The position numbers were made by a program, and so were the translations under genes. From Squalus acanthias (taxonomy: Eukaryota): 64,000 nucleotides of DNA. Below, one piece after another: positions 36,643-49,570 of the stretch. The notes under the pieces are model-generated. The model was not told the DNA's origin. It searched no databases and worked only from the letters and a program-made list of their open reading frames with translations. Numbering within the stretch: position 1 is the first letter of the stretch; the number at the start of each line of letters is the position of its first letter. Location: assembly GCA_030390025.1 (NCBI GenBank), contig CM059446.1, forward strand, positions 8,308,001 to 8,372,000, written 5' to 3'.

Positions 36643-37086
36643 TCTGAAATAAAAACAGAAAATGCTGGAAATACTCAGGAGGTCAGGCAGCATCTGTGGA
36701 GGAAGAAACAGAGTTAATGTTTCAGGTCGATGACCTTTCATCAGAACTGAGAAGTTGCACAACACCAGGTTATAGTCCAACAGTTTTATTTGAAATTATG
36801 AGCTTTCGGAGCGCTGCACCTTCGTCAGGTAATCTGACGAAGGAGCAGAGCTCCGAAAGCTCGTAATTTCAAATAAAGCTGTTGGACTATAACCTGGTGT
36901 TGTGCGACTTCTCATTTTTGTCCACCCCAGTCCAACACCGGCATCTCCGCATCATTTCATCAGAACAGCCTTGAACAGATTCTGATGAAAGGTCATCGAC
37001 CTGAAACCTTAACTCTGTTTCTCTCTCTCCACAGATGCTGCCTGACCTGCTGAGTATTTCCAGCATTTTCTGTTTTTATTTCAGAT
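36643..37086. repeat. Inverted-repeat (fold-back) element with a nested insert, Penelope-like
   Basis: tctgaaataaaaacagaaaatgctggaaatactcag... is mirrored by ...ctgagtatttccagcattttctgtttttatttcaga. Confidence 0.6.
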
Positions 37087-37655
37087 TTCCAGCCTCCGCA
37101 GTATTTTGCTTTTGTTCCCTATCTGAAAGTATTGTTTTGGGTTTCCATTCACTATCCCATCCAGTATCTTATAGACCTCAGTAAGTTTCCTTCTCAGATG
37201 ATTCTTTTTGACGCTGAAGAGTCCTAGCTTGTCAAATCATTCCTTATAGCTCGCGCCACTAACACTGGAGATCAGCCTTGTTGCTCTTCTCTCTGCTGCT
37301 TAGGGTATGGTTGCTCCCCCAGTGTTGTGGTGACCAGAACTGAACCCCGTGCTCCAGGTGCAGCCTGATCAGAGCTCTGTGCAATTCCAGCATCGCCTCC
37401 GGGGATTTGAACTCAAACTGATTCGACAATACAACCAGCCTCCAGTTTGCTGTTTATTACCGCCACACACTGTTTGGACAAGAGTCAACTACCATCCCAT
37501 CAACCTCTCCCTTGGCAATGTCTAGATACAGGAGATGTACAAAATATATATTGAAATATAGGCTGATTCTGCCAATTGTTCTTGGTGCACCAGACTCTGT
37601 AAGAGGAATGGAATATTTTATTAATTATTGTTCCATTTTACAAAACATTTCACAG

Positions 37656-37700
37656 ATTCGGAGAAGTGCGGATATCCGGGCTCAGAGAGCTTGTCTTCCG
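37656..37700 (+). CDS. Antigen-receptor gene, right copy: connecting-peptide exon (DSEKCGYPGSESLSS)
   Basis: tttcacag acceptor, 45 nt, phase 1/1, GTAAAG donor. Contains a Cys as in the TCR-beta DCG hinge. Identical in both arms. Confidence 0.8.
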
Positions 37701-39638
37701 GTAAAGGAGCTTTTGTTTCATTTATAAACCGTTTAATTCTCGAAATAAACAGCTCAAATCAACAACAACTTGCATTTATATAGCGCCTTTAACAAAGTGA
37801 AACGCCCCGAGCTGCTTCACAGGAGCGAAACCAGACAAAAAATTGACAGCGAGTGAGCCACATAAAGGAGACATTAGGACAGGTGACCAAAAGCTTGTTC
37901 AAAGAATTAGGTTTTTAAGGAGCGGCTTAAAGGAGATGGAGAGGTGGAGAGGTTTAGGGAGGAAATTCCAGAGCTTAGGGTCGAGACTGCTGTAGGCACG
38001 GCCGCCAATGGTGGGGTGAAGGAAGTCGGGGATCAGCAAGAGGCCAGAGTTGGAGGAATGCAGAATTTGCGGAGAGTTGTAGGGCTGGAGGAGGTTACAG
38101 AGATAAGGAGGGGCGAGGCCATGGAGGGATTTGAACACGAGAATTCGTTTTTTTAAATCATCGTCAATCGCAGAAGCAGGTAACCCAACCAAAAATTATC
38201 ATCCGAATCTTCATCTCCAACCTTCATCTCCAACCATATCCAGCAGCAGCAGAACTAAAGGTGTGGTCTTCACCATCGTCAAGTCATTCATATCATCAAT
38301 GATGTTACCTTGGTCGTGAAAGTCAGCATTGTTATCATCACCACCAACATCGCATCTTCATCATTCTCACCCACAGAAGCACCAACATGATCTCATCAGC
38401 ATCACCAAGTCAGCCTTGACTTCACTGGCAGCAGTCTCAACAGAACAACAGTTACCCTCACCAATATTGCCATAGCCATCCTAGTCTTCACCCGGGCCAT
38501 TACTGTCTTCCTTTTCATCAGTAGTACAAGTCATCCTCATCAACATCGTATCGTCATCCACTTCATCACTATAATCATTGTAGACGCCCTTCCCTATCTC
38601 TGTAAGCTCGTCCAATCCTACAACCCTCCGAGATCTCTGCGCTCCTCCAATTCTGGCCCCTTGCACATCCCTGATTTTAATCGCTCCACCATTGGCGGCC
38701 GTGCCTTCAGCTGCCTGGGCCCTAAGCCATGGAATTCCCTCCCTAAACCTCTCCGCCTCTCTACCTCTCTCTCCTCCTTTAAGACGCTCCTTAAAACCTA
38801 CCTCTTTCCCAATACCTCCTTATGTGGCTCGGTGTCAAATTCTGTTTGATATTCGCCCCTGTGAAGCACCTTGGGACGTTTTACAACATTAAAGGCGCTA
38901 TATAATGCAAGTTGTTGTTGTTGTACTTGTGTGACACTTTTTTTTACACTTGGTGTCCTGTCTAGATAGCCTAAGAATAGCACAGTTGTGAATGAATCAT
39001 TTCCAGGCAGGTCACGAGATGTGAGAGAAAATCTTGTGAAACCAGTCACGTGTTAGTTGACTGAATATACCTCGGTTCTGTAACCCTTAATACTCTTACT
39101 TAACAAAAATCTATCAATCTCACTTTTGAAATTTTCAATTGACTCCCAACTTTTTGGGGGAACTTTGGGGGAGAGAGTTCCAGATTTCCATTACCCTGTG
39201 TGTGAAGAAGTGCTTCGTGACATCACCCCTGAACAGCCTGGCTCTAATTTTAAGGTTATGCCCCCTTGTTCTGGACTCTCCCACCAGAGGAAACATTTTC
39301 TCTCTTTCTCGCCTATCAACTCCTTTAATCATCTTAAACAACTCAATTGGATCACCCCTTAATCATCTATACCCAAGGGACTATAAGCCTAGTCTATGCA
39401 ACCTGTCCTGATAATTGAACCCTTTTAGCAGATAATCGGGCATGGGATAACGAAGGGTGGGGACAATGGGAACTGAAGGTAATCGAAGTTCTGTTGTAGA
39501 TTGGTTCCAGCTGCGGACTCTAGTGTTCTGCAAGACACGGGCCTCGCCTTACGTCTTCCTGCGTTGGAATGTGCACCATTCAAGGTGTTTCCCGTCCACT
39601 CCTGAGTGTCTCATTTCTATTTCGTGCTCTTTCCACAG

Positions 39639-39805
39639 CCAGTACCTACCATGGATTAGAGGTGGCGGCGTTCTCGTTCCTGAGCATCATCTTTGTCAGC
39701 CTGGCGTATGGCGTTGTTGTGTCGGGGGTCGTCTGTAAGAGACGGGTCTGCCGGATCCCGGAGGTGGATGGCAGCGCCAATGCCGCCATGCGTGTCATTT
39801 CCTGA
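39639..39805 (+). CDS. Antigen-receptor gene, right copy: TM/cytoplasmic exon
   Basis: Strong polypyrimidine tract plus cag, phase 1. ASTYHGLEVAAFSFLSIIFVSLAYGVVVSGVVC-KRR...stop. Antigen-receptor TM pattern F......S..Y. Confidence 0.85.
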
Positions 39806-41186
39806 CGCCACATTGTGCCAGCGCAGACGCTCGCTGATCAGTCCCTTCGCGCTGTGCTCTCCTCCACTTGTGACTGAAGCTAAACTTAATACGCATTGCC
39901 TATAGTCCAGTCGTGAAGAATTCTTAGTGCTTGCCTCTTTCTTTTTCCGTCAAAGAGCCACGTTTAAAAATGTTCGCTATCTTGGTTAAGTCGGGGTGAT
40001 TTTATACGAGTGGTCACTCCCAATGGAGAGAGATAGAGGAACGACCCCCAAGACCAGGGTCGCCAACTCTGGTTGGACGTATTCCTGGAGGTTTCATCAC
40101 ATGACCTCTTGTCTCCAATCACTCCGCCCTCAAGCTCCCATTGGTCGCCCGACACGTCCATCCTCACAGCGCACCGCCTTCTCCACCAATTGGAAAGCAA
40201 ACAAGCTCTTAATTACCCAATTGAACGATGCTCGACTGTCAGTCGAACCGCCTTTTTGTCCCGTCTCCAATATTTTTCTAACTAATAAATGTTCGAAGAA
40301 AATGAAAAAAATCCATACGCAATTTTTTTTAATGTCCCTGTGATTTTTCTCCCGGGTTTGCTGGCAGCGAGTGTCCTGGAGATTAATCGTTAATTCCTGC
40401 AGACTCCAGGGCCATCCTGGAGAGGTTGGCAACCCTACCCAATTCAGAGAGACAGAGAGGGGAAGGAGTGACCGCCAGCTCGCTCATAAAGTTGGGTTTA
40501 TAAAGGTGGAGAGCAAAGAGGAGAGGCGGGGCGGTGGAGCGGGAGAAGGAGGGCGTCCCGATAGTGTGCCTGAGACAGTTGAAGGATCTGCCACTGGGGG
40601 TGGGGCAAAGCGAGGGGGGTGGGAGGGCAACAGAGGGCCAGAGTCCGGGCCCCAATGTGCACCCCAATCTCTGATTCGTTCTGCCGGTGAGCGGGACTCC
40701 GTGTGTGGAAAATTACCCCAACAGCTCCTCCAAAGGACCGGGGGCACCTCTGACAATGTCACGGTGGGGATTCCGGCCTACAGTATAGGCTGAAGCCCTT
40801 GTGTGGGATTCAGACATCAGAGAATGAAGCTGAAGTTATTTATAACTCAACCCTGAGAGGGTATTACTGCCTTGAAGTGTATCCGTCACTTTTACAGTTC
40901 ACTAGTATTGCTGGGAACAGGTTTGGTTTCTGTTAACAATATTGTCGGTCCCACTAATGGTGCCATTGAGGATATCAGTGGTCAGGAGTCTCCGTGCAAT
41001 AACATCACATTAATAACCGTGGTGTGATTATTGTAAATGTTTATTAAATGAATCAAGTATTGATTACCAAAAAATAACAGTCAAAAAATATGAATCATAT
41101 AGTCAACATAAATCACATTCCACATATATTCATGAACAAGACAAGCCCCTTCTTATCAGTCAAATAACCTGAAAAACAAACTCTAA

Positions 41187-41931
41187 GGGAGAGAAATTCG
41201 GTTGGTTAGCACCTCCCGTTAGCACCTGGGGCTGGGGGGCACTAACGGGGCGCTAAGGGGTTAGCGACCAGGCGCGGCGAATGCAGCTATGCCCGCGAAC
41301 TTCAGTGCCGGTTTAGCTGGCGCTAACTCTTAGCGCCTGGGCCTCTAGCGCCTCGCACATCGTGAGGTCATAAAGTGCGCCGTTATCGCCCCGGATGTGA
41401 AATTGCCTCCCGCCCCCTGCTGTATCGCCGGGAGTCAACAACGGCAGGAAGACGAGGCGTTGTCACCTCGGCTGGCCGCTTGGGGAGCGCTAATTAAAGG
41501 GAACGGTTTTCAGGCAGGCCAACCTTTATTATTTACACCAGTCTGATGTTTCATTGGTGCCAGATGTCCAAGCCCTCCACTTTGTGAAATTGTGTTTGGG
41601 GCTGTAATGGCAGTCGCCCAGGTCGCCTTGCAACGCAGAACTGCCGACAAGTAGGTTGTGCACCATCAGTGGCCCTTCCCTTTAAGAGAGGGAAGCAGCC
41701 TCTGATGCCGTTAGTGACGCGCTCCGAATTGTTCCGTGCTCTGCCGCTACCGCCCTGCTCTCGGACTTTAGCGCCCTAAGAGAAGTGGTTAGCGCTTGAT
41801 TTAGCGCTCCATTTAGCGCTCCACTTCACTCTTGGAGCGCTGAAGCTGAATTTCCCGGCAGGAGAGATTCATTAACGCCTGGCGCTGCGTTTTCTACTTG
41901 TCAAAAGTTAGCGTCCCGGAATTTCTAGCCC
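41187..41931. mobile_element. Harbinger-like MITE, right arm only
   Basis: TIRs gggagagaaattc / gaatttctagccc. Empty site at about 8270 in the left arm. Confidence 0.75.
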
Positions 41932-43289
41932 TATGACCCCTGACCCACCCCGCAACCTCCTCCATCTGTTACCACTGTGCAGAGACAGAGAGTGAGAGGT
42001 CAGAATTTGAGGAAGACAAAGAGGAAACTGGGAGCCTGAGAGAGGGGAGCAGGAGACTGGGAGAGGGGAACAAGAGACCGAGAGCCTGAAAGAGGGGAGC
42101 AGGAGACCGGGAGAGGGGAGCAGGAGACTGGGAGAGGGGAGCAGGAGACTGGGAAAGGGGAACAGGAGACCGGGAGAGGGGAGCAGGAGACGGAGAGGGG
42201 AGCAGGAGACAGAGAGAGGGGAGCAGGAGACTGGGTTGAGGGGAACAGGAGACTGGGAGCCTGAAAGAGGGGAGCAGCAGACTGGGAGAGGGGAGCAGGA
42301 GAATCTGAAAGATGGGGAGCAGGAGATTGGAAACCTGAGAGAGGAGAGTGAGAGCTGGGGAAAGTGAGAGAGCTGAGCAGGAGACCGAAACCTGGAGTCA
42401 TGGGAGTGGCATTGGAGAGTCCGGAATACACAGGCGAGTGAGACCAGGCCAGGAGTGAGTGAGGACACTCCCCAGAGGGAGCTGCAGTGGCCCCACCACA
42501 ATGACACGTGGATAAGAGGACGCCCTCCTTTCAGCCCCAAACAAGGACCTACATTTCCAGTCATCGGACATCAGCACGTACAGTGCAACAGTCGGTGCAT
42601 ATTATAGACAATTACATTCTCAATCCGGGCTTCACTATCTGAAGGAGAATTCCATGTGGTTCAGTATCTTTATTGGCACATTCTGGAAGTTATAATCTTT
42701 TCAAACATTGCTGATTCATGATACGTTGACATTAGGAAGTAGCTTGTTATAAACGTGCTTTGTTGCAAATAAACATTTTGTAAAGCTGCTTTCAATTTTA
42801 TTTATTTATAGTATTGAAGAAATACTTGCATTTATATAGCGCCTTTCATGACATCTGGACGCCCCAAAGCGCTTTACAGCCAATGAAGTACTTTTTGAAG
42901 TGGAGTCACTGTTGTAATGTCAGGAAACACGGCAGCCAATTTGCGCACAGCAAGCTCCCACAAACAGCACTGAGATAATGGCCATTTAATCTTTTATTTT
43001 AGTGATGTTGATTGAGGGATAAATATTGGTCCCAGGACACCGGGGATAACTCCCCTGCTCTTCTTCGAAATAGTGACCATTGCAAATCAGAAACGACTTC
43101 ACAGTGACACAAGCAGCGGTATAACTGCAGCCCGAGGGTCACCTACCCAAGCTGTTCTTGCACGTTGCCTAATACAAGAAGAAGTTGCATTGATATAGCG
43201 CCTTTAAAGTGGAAAAATGTCCCGCACCGCTTCTCAAAGGTATCAGTCAAGGCAAAGAAGGAGATATCAGAATGGGTGACAAAAAAGCT

Positions 43290-43740
43290 CAAGAACATAA
43301 GAAATAGGAGCAGGAGTCGGCCATTCGGCCCTTCGAGCCTGCCCCGCCGTTCAATGAGATCATGGCTGATCTTCTGCCTCAACTCCATTCACCGGCCCTA
43401 TCACCATATCCCTTGATGCCTTTACCAGTCAGAAATCTATCGACTTCTGATTTGAATATACCCAATGACTGAGCCTCCACAGCCCTCTGGGGTAGAGAAT
43501 TCCAAAGATTCACCACCCTCTGAGTGAAGAAATTTCTTCTCATCTCTGTCCTGAATGGCCTACCCTTTATCCTGAGGCTGTGGCCCCTGGTTCTAGACTC
43601 CCCAGCCAAGGGAAACATTCTCCCAGCATCCATCCTATCAAGCCCTGTAATAATTTTGTATGCTTCAATGAGATCCCCTCTCATTCTTCTGAATTCAAGA
43701 GAATACAGGCCTAGTTTACTCAATCTCTTCTCATACGACA
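43290..43740 (-). mobile_element. CR1 LINE 3' fragment
   Basis: Highly similar to the 3' end of the 22775-25253 element. Confidence 0.85.
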
Positions 43741-46700
43741 ATCTCAGGATGCCCCAAAGCACTTTACAGCCAATTAAGTACTTTTTGAAGTGTAGGGGGC
43801 GATTTTGCCAATGGGGGCGCGTTGGAGGCGGGACTGCTGCTTGGCGGGTCGATGTCCCGCCTCCATCGACTTGTGGCCAACTCACGCTATTTTCCCTTGA
43901 TTGACCTTGTTAAGCCCGCCCAGTGGGCTTAGCAGGCCAATTAAGGGGAAGCCGGTTACAGAGATCAGCGTATGACATTTCATCTGTCAAAAATTTTTGA
44001 CAGATGAATTGTCATCATTTGACGGCTCTGTGAAGCTGTCAAACACTGACATTCTCTGTTGTTTGATGAGTCCTTGTATTCAAGACTCATCAAACCTCTT
44101 TCTTTTGCAGAAATTAGATGGTTGTTGCATTGGAGAATGCAGCAGCCATCTGTCATCTCTGCCGGTGAGATGCGAGACTCTCCGTATCCCCAACTGTTGA
44201 AGCCTGCAGGAAGAAACAAAGGTAAGTAAACATTTTCTGTCACTTTCCACTCACCTCACATACTTACCTCTCCACACTGGCATCCATCACTCACCTTCAC
44301 AGCGCACTTTTGCACCCCTCTCACCCCCGCAGACCCACTGCCCCCCTCGGTGACCCTGGCGGGGGTTTCCCAACATCGGGAAGCCTGCGCCTCTGCTGGA
44401 AAAATGGGGATAATCCTCTTAACTGCCTGTTAACAGGCAGTTAAGTGGCTGTAATCCCCTTCCCGCCTCCAGGAGACGGGACCCGGCGCAGGTCGGCTAC
44501 CCGCCTCCTGGGAAGATGGCACGGAGGCAGGTTGGGGGCGGGATGGGCACCCCCCCAGATTCTGCCATTTTTCCGGCAGTCCCACCTCCCCAGGGCTGGC
44601 AAGATCGCGCCCATAGTCACTGTTGTAATGTAGGAAATGCGCCAGCCAATTTGCACACAGCAAGCTCCCACAAACAGCAATGTGATAATGACCAGATCAT
44701 CTGTTTTTGTGATGTTGATTGAGGGATAAATATTGGCCAGGACACCGGGGATAACTCCCCTGCTCTTCTACGAAATAGTGCCGCGGGATCTTTTATGAGA
44801 GAGCAGAAGGGGCCTCGGTTTAACGTCTCATCTGAAAGACGGCACCTCCGACAGTGCGGCACTCCCTCAGTACTGCACTGGGAGTGTCAGCCTAGATTTT
44901 TTTTTGCGCTCCAGTCTCTGGAGTGGGACTTGAACCCACAACCTTCTGACTCAGTAGGCGAGGGTGCTACCACCAGAGCCACGGCTGATTATGCAAATGA
45001 GTCCGGTGGAAACTCGAACCATAACTTCACTTCGGGAAAAACAGCGCGATTTGCGCCCGGATTGCCGATCGGGCCCGTAGTGGAAACTCTACCCCATTAT
45101 AGGCAATACCCTCCCCAAGGATGAGGCAGGCTCTTCACTTCAAATGTAACATTTGTTTATTGAACAGTATTCCTTGAGTTTTACAATAGTTGTCATCTTT
45201 AAATAACTATTAACATTTATTAAGAGTTTTCTTGCTTTAAGTTTGTCTGAGTCATATCTTGAAGACATAAAATGGTAGCAGTTCCCCTCAGGGCTAAAGA
45301 TGAGGTCACCAGATTCATTGGCTTTATTTGAATTAGTCCATTCATTCTTTAAATTCTTCTTTTTTGAGGGTCCAGGTGATTTTTGTTATTAATATCGGGG
45401 GATGTTGGTCCTTGACAGTTCTCCACTTGCGGCACCATGCATCTGCTCGTGCTTATACTTCCTATGAAGGCCCCATTCAGAGTAAAGCTCCCTCTCCGTT
45501 TACCCAACAGCAGGCCTTAAGCCCGACCCCATAACCGCACCTACATCTGGACCAGAGTGACACTCCCACTTCCTACAGCAACCATCTCTGTGGCCTCTCT
45601 GGCTGAGACTGCCAGTTTACTGTCAAATGGTAATGAATTAAGCGAACGCAGCTAATTAAAGAAACCGGGTTGAGACTGTACGACACTCGTTTCAGTTGAG
45701 CCAGCAGCTGTGGAGACACTGAAGTCAGTCAGTCAGTCGACGTTTCCGATCTTAAGACTCTTCCTCAGGACTGTCCTGAAGAAGGGTCACAGACTGAAAC
45801 CTCAACTGACTGACCTTCTGTTCTTCTACAGATGCTGCCTGACCTGCTGAGTGTTTCCAGCAAGTTTTTTTTTTGGTTCTGTTTTCAGATTTCCAGCACC
45901 TGCAGAATTATTATTTTTTTTTTTCTTTTTGCATTTTCATTTCACCCCAAGTCCCCTTTTAACCAGTAGAGTGAGCAAAGATTTTTCTGCACTGGACTCA
46001 AGGCCAGGTCCCAGAGGTGAAAGGTCAACTCGCTAACTCACCACACCCCTTATTATCGACAAGAGAAGAGCGTTAATCCCCCTCTGCCCTCAACTCTCCA
46101 GCTCCCAAGGGTGAAAGGGCAGTGTTCTGAATTATAGTCACTCGATCCCTGTACACTCACCTCTCTGGTTAGCGGAGAAAGACTCGGAGTCAATATTCGG
46201 AGAGAAGTTGCCTTCTGTGAAATAGAAAATGGCTGTAGACACATGATTGTAGCTACCAGACCTTCTCTTCATTCGGTGCCTCTAGTTGAATAAAACTAAT
46301 GGGTCTTGAGTTAGATTTTAATTTGAGACTTTGATGCTAATTCAAGTGCCTCCACATGATTTATTCTCATTTGTGGGATGTTGAGAAGCCCATACTAAAG
46401 ATGACTAAATTCTTCGCACTCGGCTCCATCAAGGAGTTCAGATCCAACTCCTTCCCCCCTGCCCCACCCTGCTATTCTAAAGGAGACGTTGACTCTTATC
46501 TCATTTCATATGGGTTGCCTTCATTAAAATAGCAAATTTAATGCACGCACTTTAGGCATTTGCATGCTGGTATCTCACGGTACAAGGTCACGGTATATTA
46601 GTGCCCGTGTGATATGGAAATGATATTAAAATCCAGGTTTGAGGTGATTCGGGGAGCCGACACGGCCTGATGTGTGGGAATACGGGTTCAATCTGAAAGT

Positions 46701-48394
46701 CAGTCTCGGAGGCCAGCACAACAGGCAGGAATCGCCGCCGTTTATCCCTTCTCCGATAGGCTCGGCCGAGCAGCAACTGCAATCGGACGCGCTCGTTCGG
46801 CACCGCTGCAAGGCCGACACGGCCCATCGTACGGCCGCACGCAACGGCGCGAGAGGCTTCACCGCCAGGCCTGGGGGAGATTTTAAATGAATCATCTGGC
46901 GTGGATGAGGGAGGCCATTCGGCCCACCTAGCTCGAGCCCCTCCCACAGAAACGACAGCATTTCCCCCCCCCCCCAACCCCGCCCTCATCATCATACCTC
47001 ACAGCAGGTTGGCAAAGCCACCGGGGGGGGGGGGGGGCAAAGTTAAAGAGCTTTTCTAATCTCCTCTGCCGTACTGGAAGGATACCCCAAAGAAGACCCC
47101 ATTTTATTTTTCTTAAATAAAATTTCAGCAGCATTGAAGGTGACAGAGACTCTGTGGGGTCGATCTCGACTCGGTGCGACGGTGTAAAAACGAGACTGAG
47201 TCGGCAGCCCGGTTTACCTCTCGCCCCGTCCAAGTCAACGGAAATAAACACTGGGGCCGACTCGCGATCGCCCGTTTGAAACCATCGCAGAGTCCAAGGT
47301 CCACCCCCGCGCGACACGGCTACACCATTTGGATTGTCGTCGACTTCCGGGGCCTTCGAATTAACGTCGCTGACTGGAACTGGGGCCGGTCTAAAAAATA
47401 TACTCCATAGCCGAGTGGAATGGGACTGAACTGATGCGCCGGACTCCCGTCCGTCTAAGTAAACAGCATGACATCATCATGTATACTAAGAGAGTTGTTA
47501 AAAACAGTCTATTCTGTGAGATCCTGCTTTAAGAAACACACGATCAAACGGACTCGGTGACTTTTACTTTCGAATAATTTAACATTTACGGGGGAAAAAA
47601 AGCAGGTGTAAACAGGTGGATCAAGGGGAAAGGAAAATGAAACACAACATAAATAAAGTATCAATGTCCGCCACCACTGTTAACTCGTCACTGACACTGG
47701 TGCGATTGTCAAGGGTGTGGCCGTGAGAAGCCCAATTCCTTAAGCTCCATCCGTTGGTAAAATCCAGGGGAGCCATTGGGAGGCAGCAGCAGCAGCAGCA
47801 ACCATTGCCTAGCGGGTCCCGTCAAAAAACTCGAGAGGCAACAACCCGGCCACCAAAGCTTTCTCGCCGCTTACCTGTGGCAATCTGTGCCGCCTTGTCC
47901 AAAAGAAATACAAGTTCGTTCATCTGCTCCGTGGAAAGGCAGCAGCTGTGTGGCCCCGCTCAGGCCTCCTTAGTAGCGAAGGGCAGCCCTATCCTCTCAC
48001 GCACTCGAGAGAGAGAAGAATGGAGCCTTTGCAGGAAGAGCTGGCTAAAGGTTTCGGAAATAAAGTACAAGTTGATCCAAGTCCTCCTGCTTGATGACTC
48101 ATGCCGGACCTGGCAGATGCAGCCATGGCCCTTCCCTTCCCAATAGTGTTGCACTGAGCCAGTGCATAGCCTTACTGTCCTTGACGTCACAGTAGCTGTG
48201 CCCTGGCGTCTGTACCTCAGGCCTTGCATTTCAGTCCTTCGGAAAGAGAACCACTTTTACACCATCCAGTCCTTGAACCACACATGCACCAACAAACATG
48301 AGCAGCTACCATTGGCACTACACTAAAGTCAGAAGTTGTAACCGAATGTACAACACACTAGCCAGTCTCAGTGCAAAGCTCAACTAACAGTGCG

Positions 48395-48637
48395 TTATAG
48401 CTTGTGCTTGGTGCTGGCGGAGTGTCGATAGCTCCTGCGCTCAGACGTATTCCGCTTGACCCTGATGGCGATGACCGGCTGCTCCTGGTTGAGGGACGGG
48501 CTTGAGCGGGACTTCTTCAAGCCATTTCCTTCGCTCTCAATGGTGTCAAACAGGGCGGATTCAAACTTCTCCAAATCGTCCGTTCCTGCTTTCAGTTTGG
48601 CACGGAGCAGCATGACATAGGTGCTGAATCTCATTCT
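48395..48637 (-). CDS. PSD: PSD last coding exon
   Basis: RMRFSTYVMLLRAKLKAG...LKKSRSSPSLN...VKRNTSERR...stop. Confidence 0.88.
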   Translation of the reverse strand, partial: RMRFSTYVMLLRAKLKAGTDDLEKFESALFDTIESEGNGLKKSRSSPSLNQEQPVIAIRVKRNTSERRSYRHSASTKHKL

Positions 48638-48695
48638 CTATTGAAAAGAAAGCACAAAGCTCTAATATTCCTCATTCACCAAAGACAGAGAGAAG

Positions 48696-49570
48696 ATGTC
48701 GCCTTATCTGAGGAAGGATGTTCTTGCCATGGAGGGAGTGCAGCGAAGATTCACCAGACTGATACCTGGGATGGCAGGAATGACGTATGAAGAGAGATTG
48801 TGTCGATTGGGCTTGTATTCACTAGAGTTTAGAAGAATGAAAGGGGATCTCATTGAAACTTATAAAATTCTAACAGGACTAGACAGACTAGATGCAGGAA
48901 GGATGTTCCCGATGGTGGGGGAGTCCAGAACCAGAGGTCACAGTCTAAGGATAAGGGGTAAGCCATTTAGGACTGAGATGAGGAGGAATTTCTTCACCCA
49001 GAGAGTGGTGAACCTGTGGAATTCTCTACCACAGAAGGCAGTAGAGGCCAATTCATTAAATATATTCGAGAAGGAGTTAGATATATTTCTTAAGGCTAAA
49101 GGGATCAAGGGATATGGGGAGAAAGCAGGGACAGGGTACTGAATTTGAATGATCAGCCATGATCTCATTAAATGGCGGAGCAGGCTCGAGGGGCCGAATG
49201 GCCTACTCCTGCTCCTATCTTCTATGTTTCTATGTTGCCACTTGTTTGGGGGGGGGGGGAGTCCAAAAACTAGGGGCCATAAATATAAGATAGTCACTAA
49301 TAAATCCAATAAGGAATTCAGGAGAAACTTTTTTAGCCAGAGAGTGGTGAGAATGTGGAACTCGCTACCACAGGGAGTGGTTGAGGTGAATAGTATAGAT
49401 GCATTTAACGGGAAGCTAGATAAGCACATGAGGGAGAAGGGAATAGAGGGTTATGCTGATAGGGTGAGAGGAAATAAGGTGAGAGGAAATAAGGTGACAG
49501 GAGGCTCGTGTGGAGCATAAACACTGTCATAGACCTGTTGGGCCGAATGGCCTGTTTCGGTGCTGTAAAT
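48696..49570 (+). mobile_element. Two adjacent CR1 LINE 3' fragments in a PSD intron
   Basis: ORF2 C-terminal peptides at 48696-49142 and about 49260-49480. Confidence 0.85.

Larger units (their letters stand above)
26488..43073 (+). repeat. Right arm of the inverted segmental duplication
   Basis: See the left arm. Flanked by a 63-bp direct repeat (26420-26482 and 43074-43136). Confidence 0.92.

Noticed and set aside
38170-38580. Ser/Thr-rich stretch as a possible mucin-like hinge exon
   Set aside because: Low-complexity (CAT)n-like DNA with stops in the frames examined and no clean splice pair.
27937-39805. Assigning the gene as TRG, TRB or IgL
   Set aside because: No D (not TRB), has CP/TM exons (not IgL), and lacks the TM Lys with single-cluster layout and different neighbours (not typical TRG). 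Left unassigned pending phylogeny.
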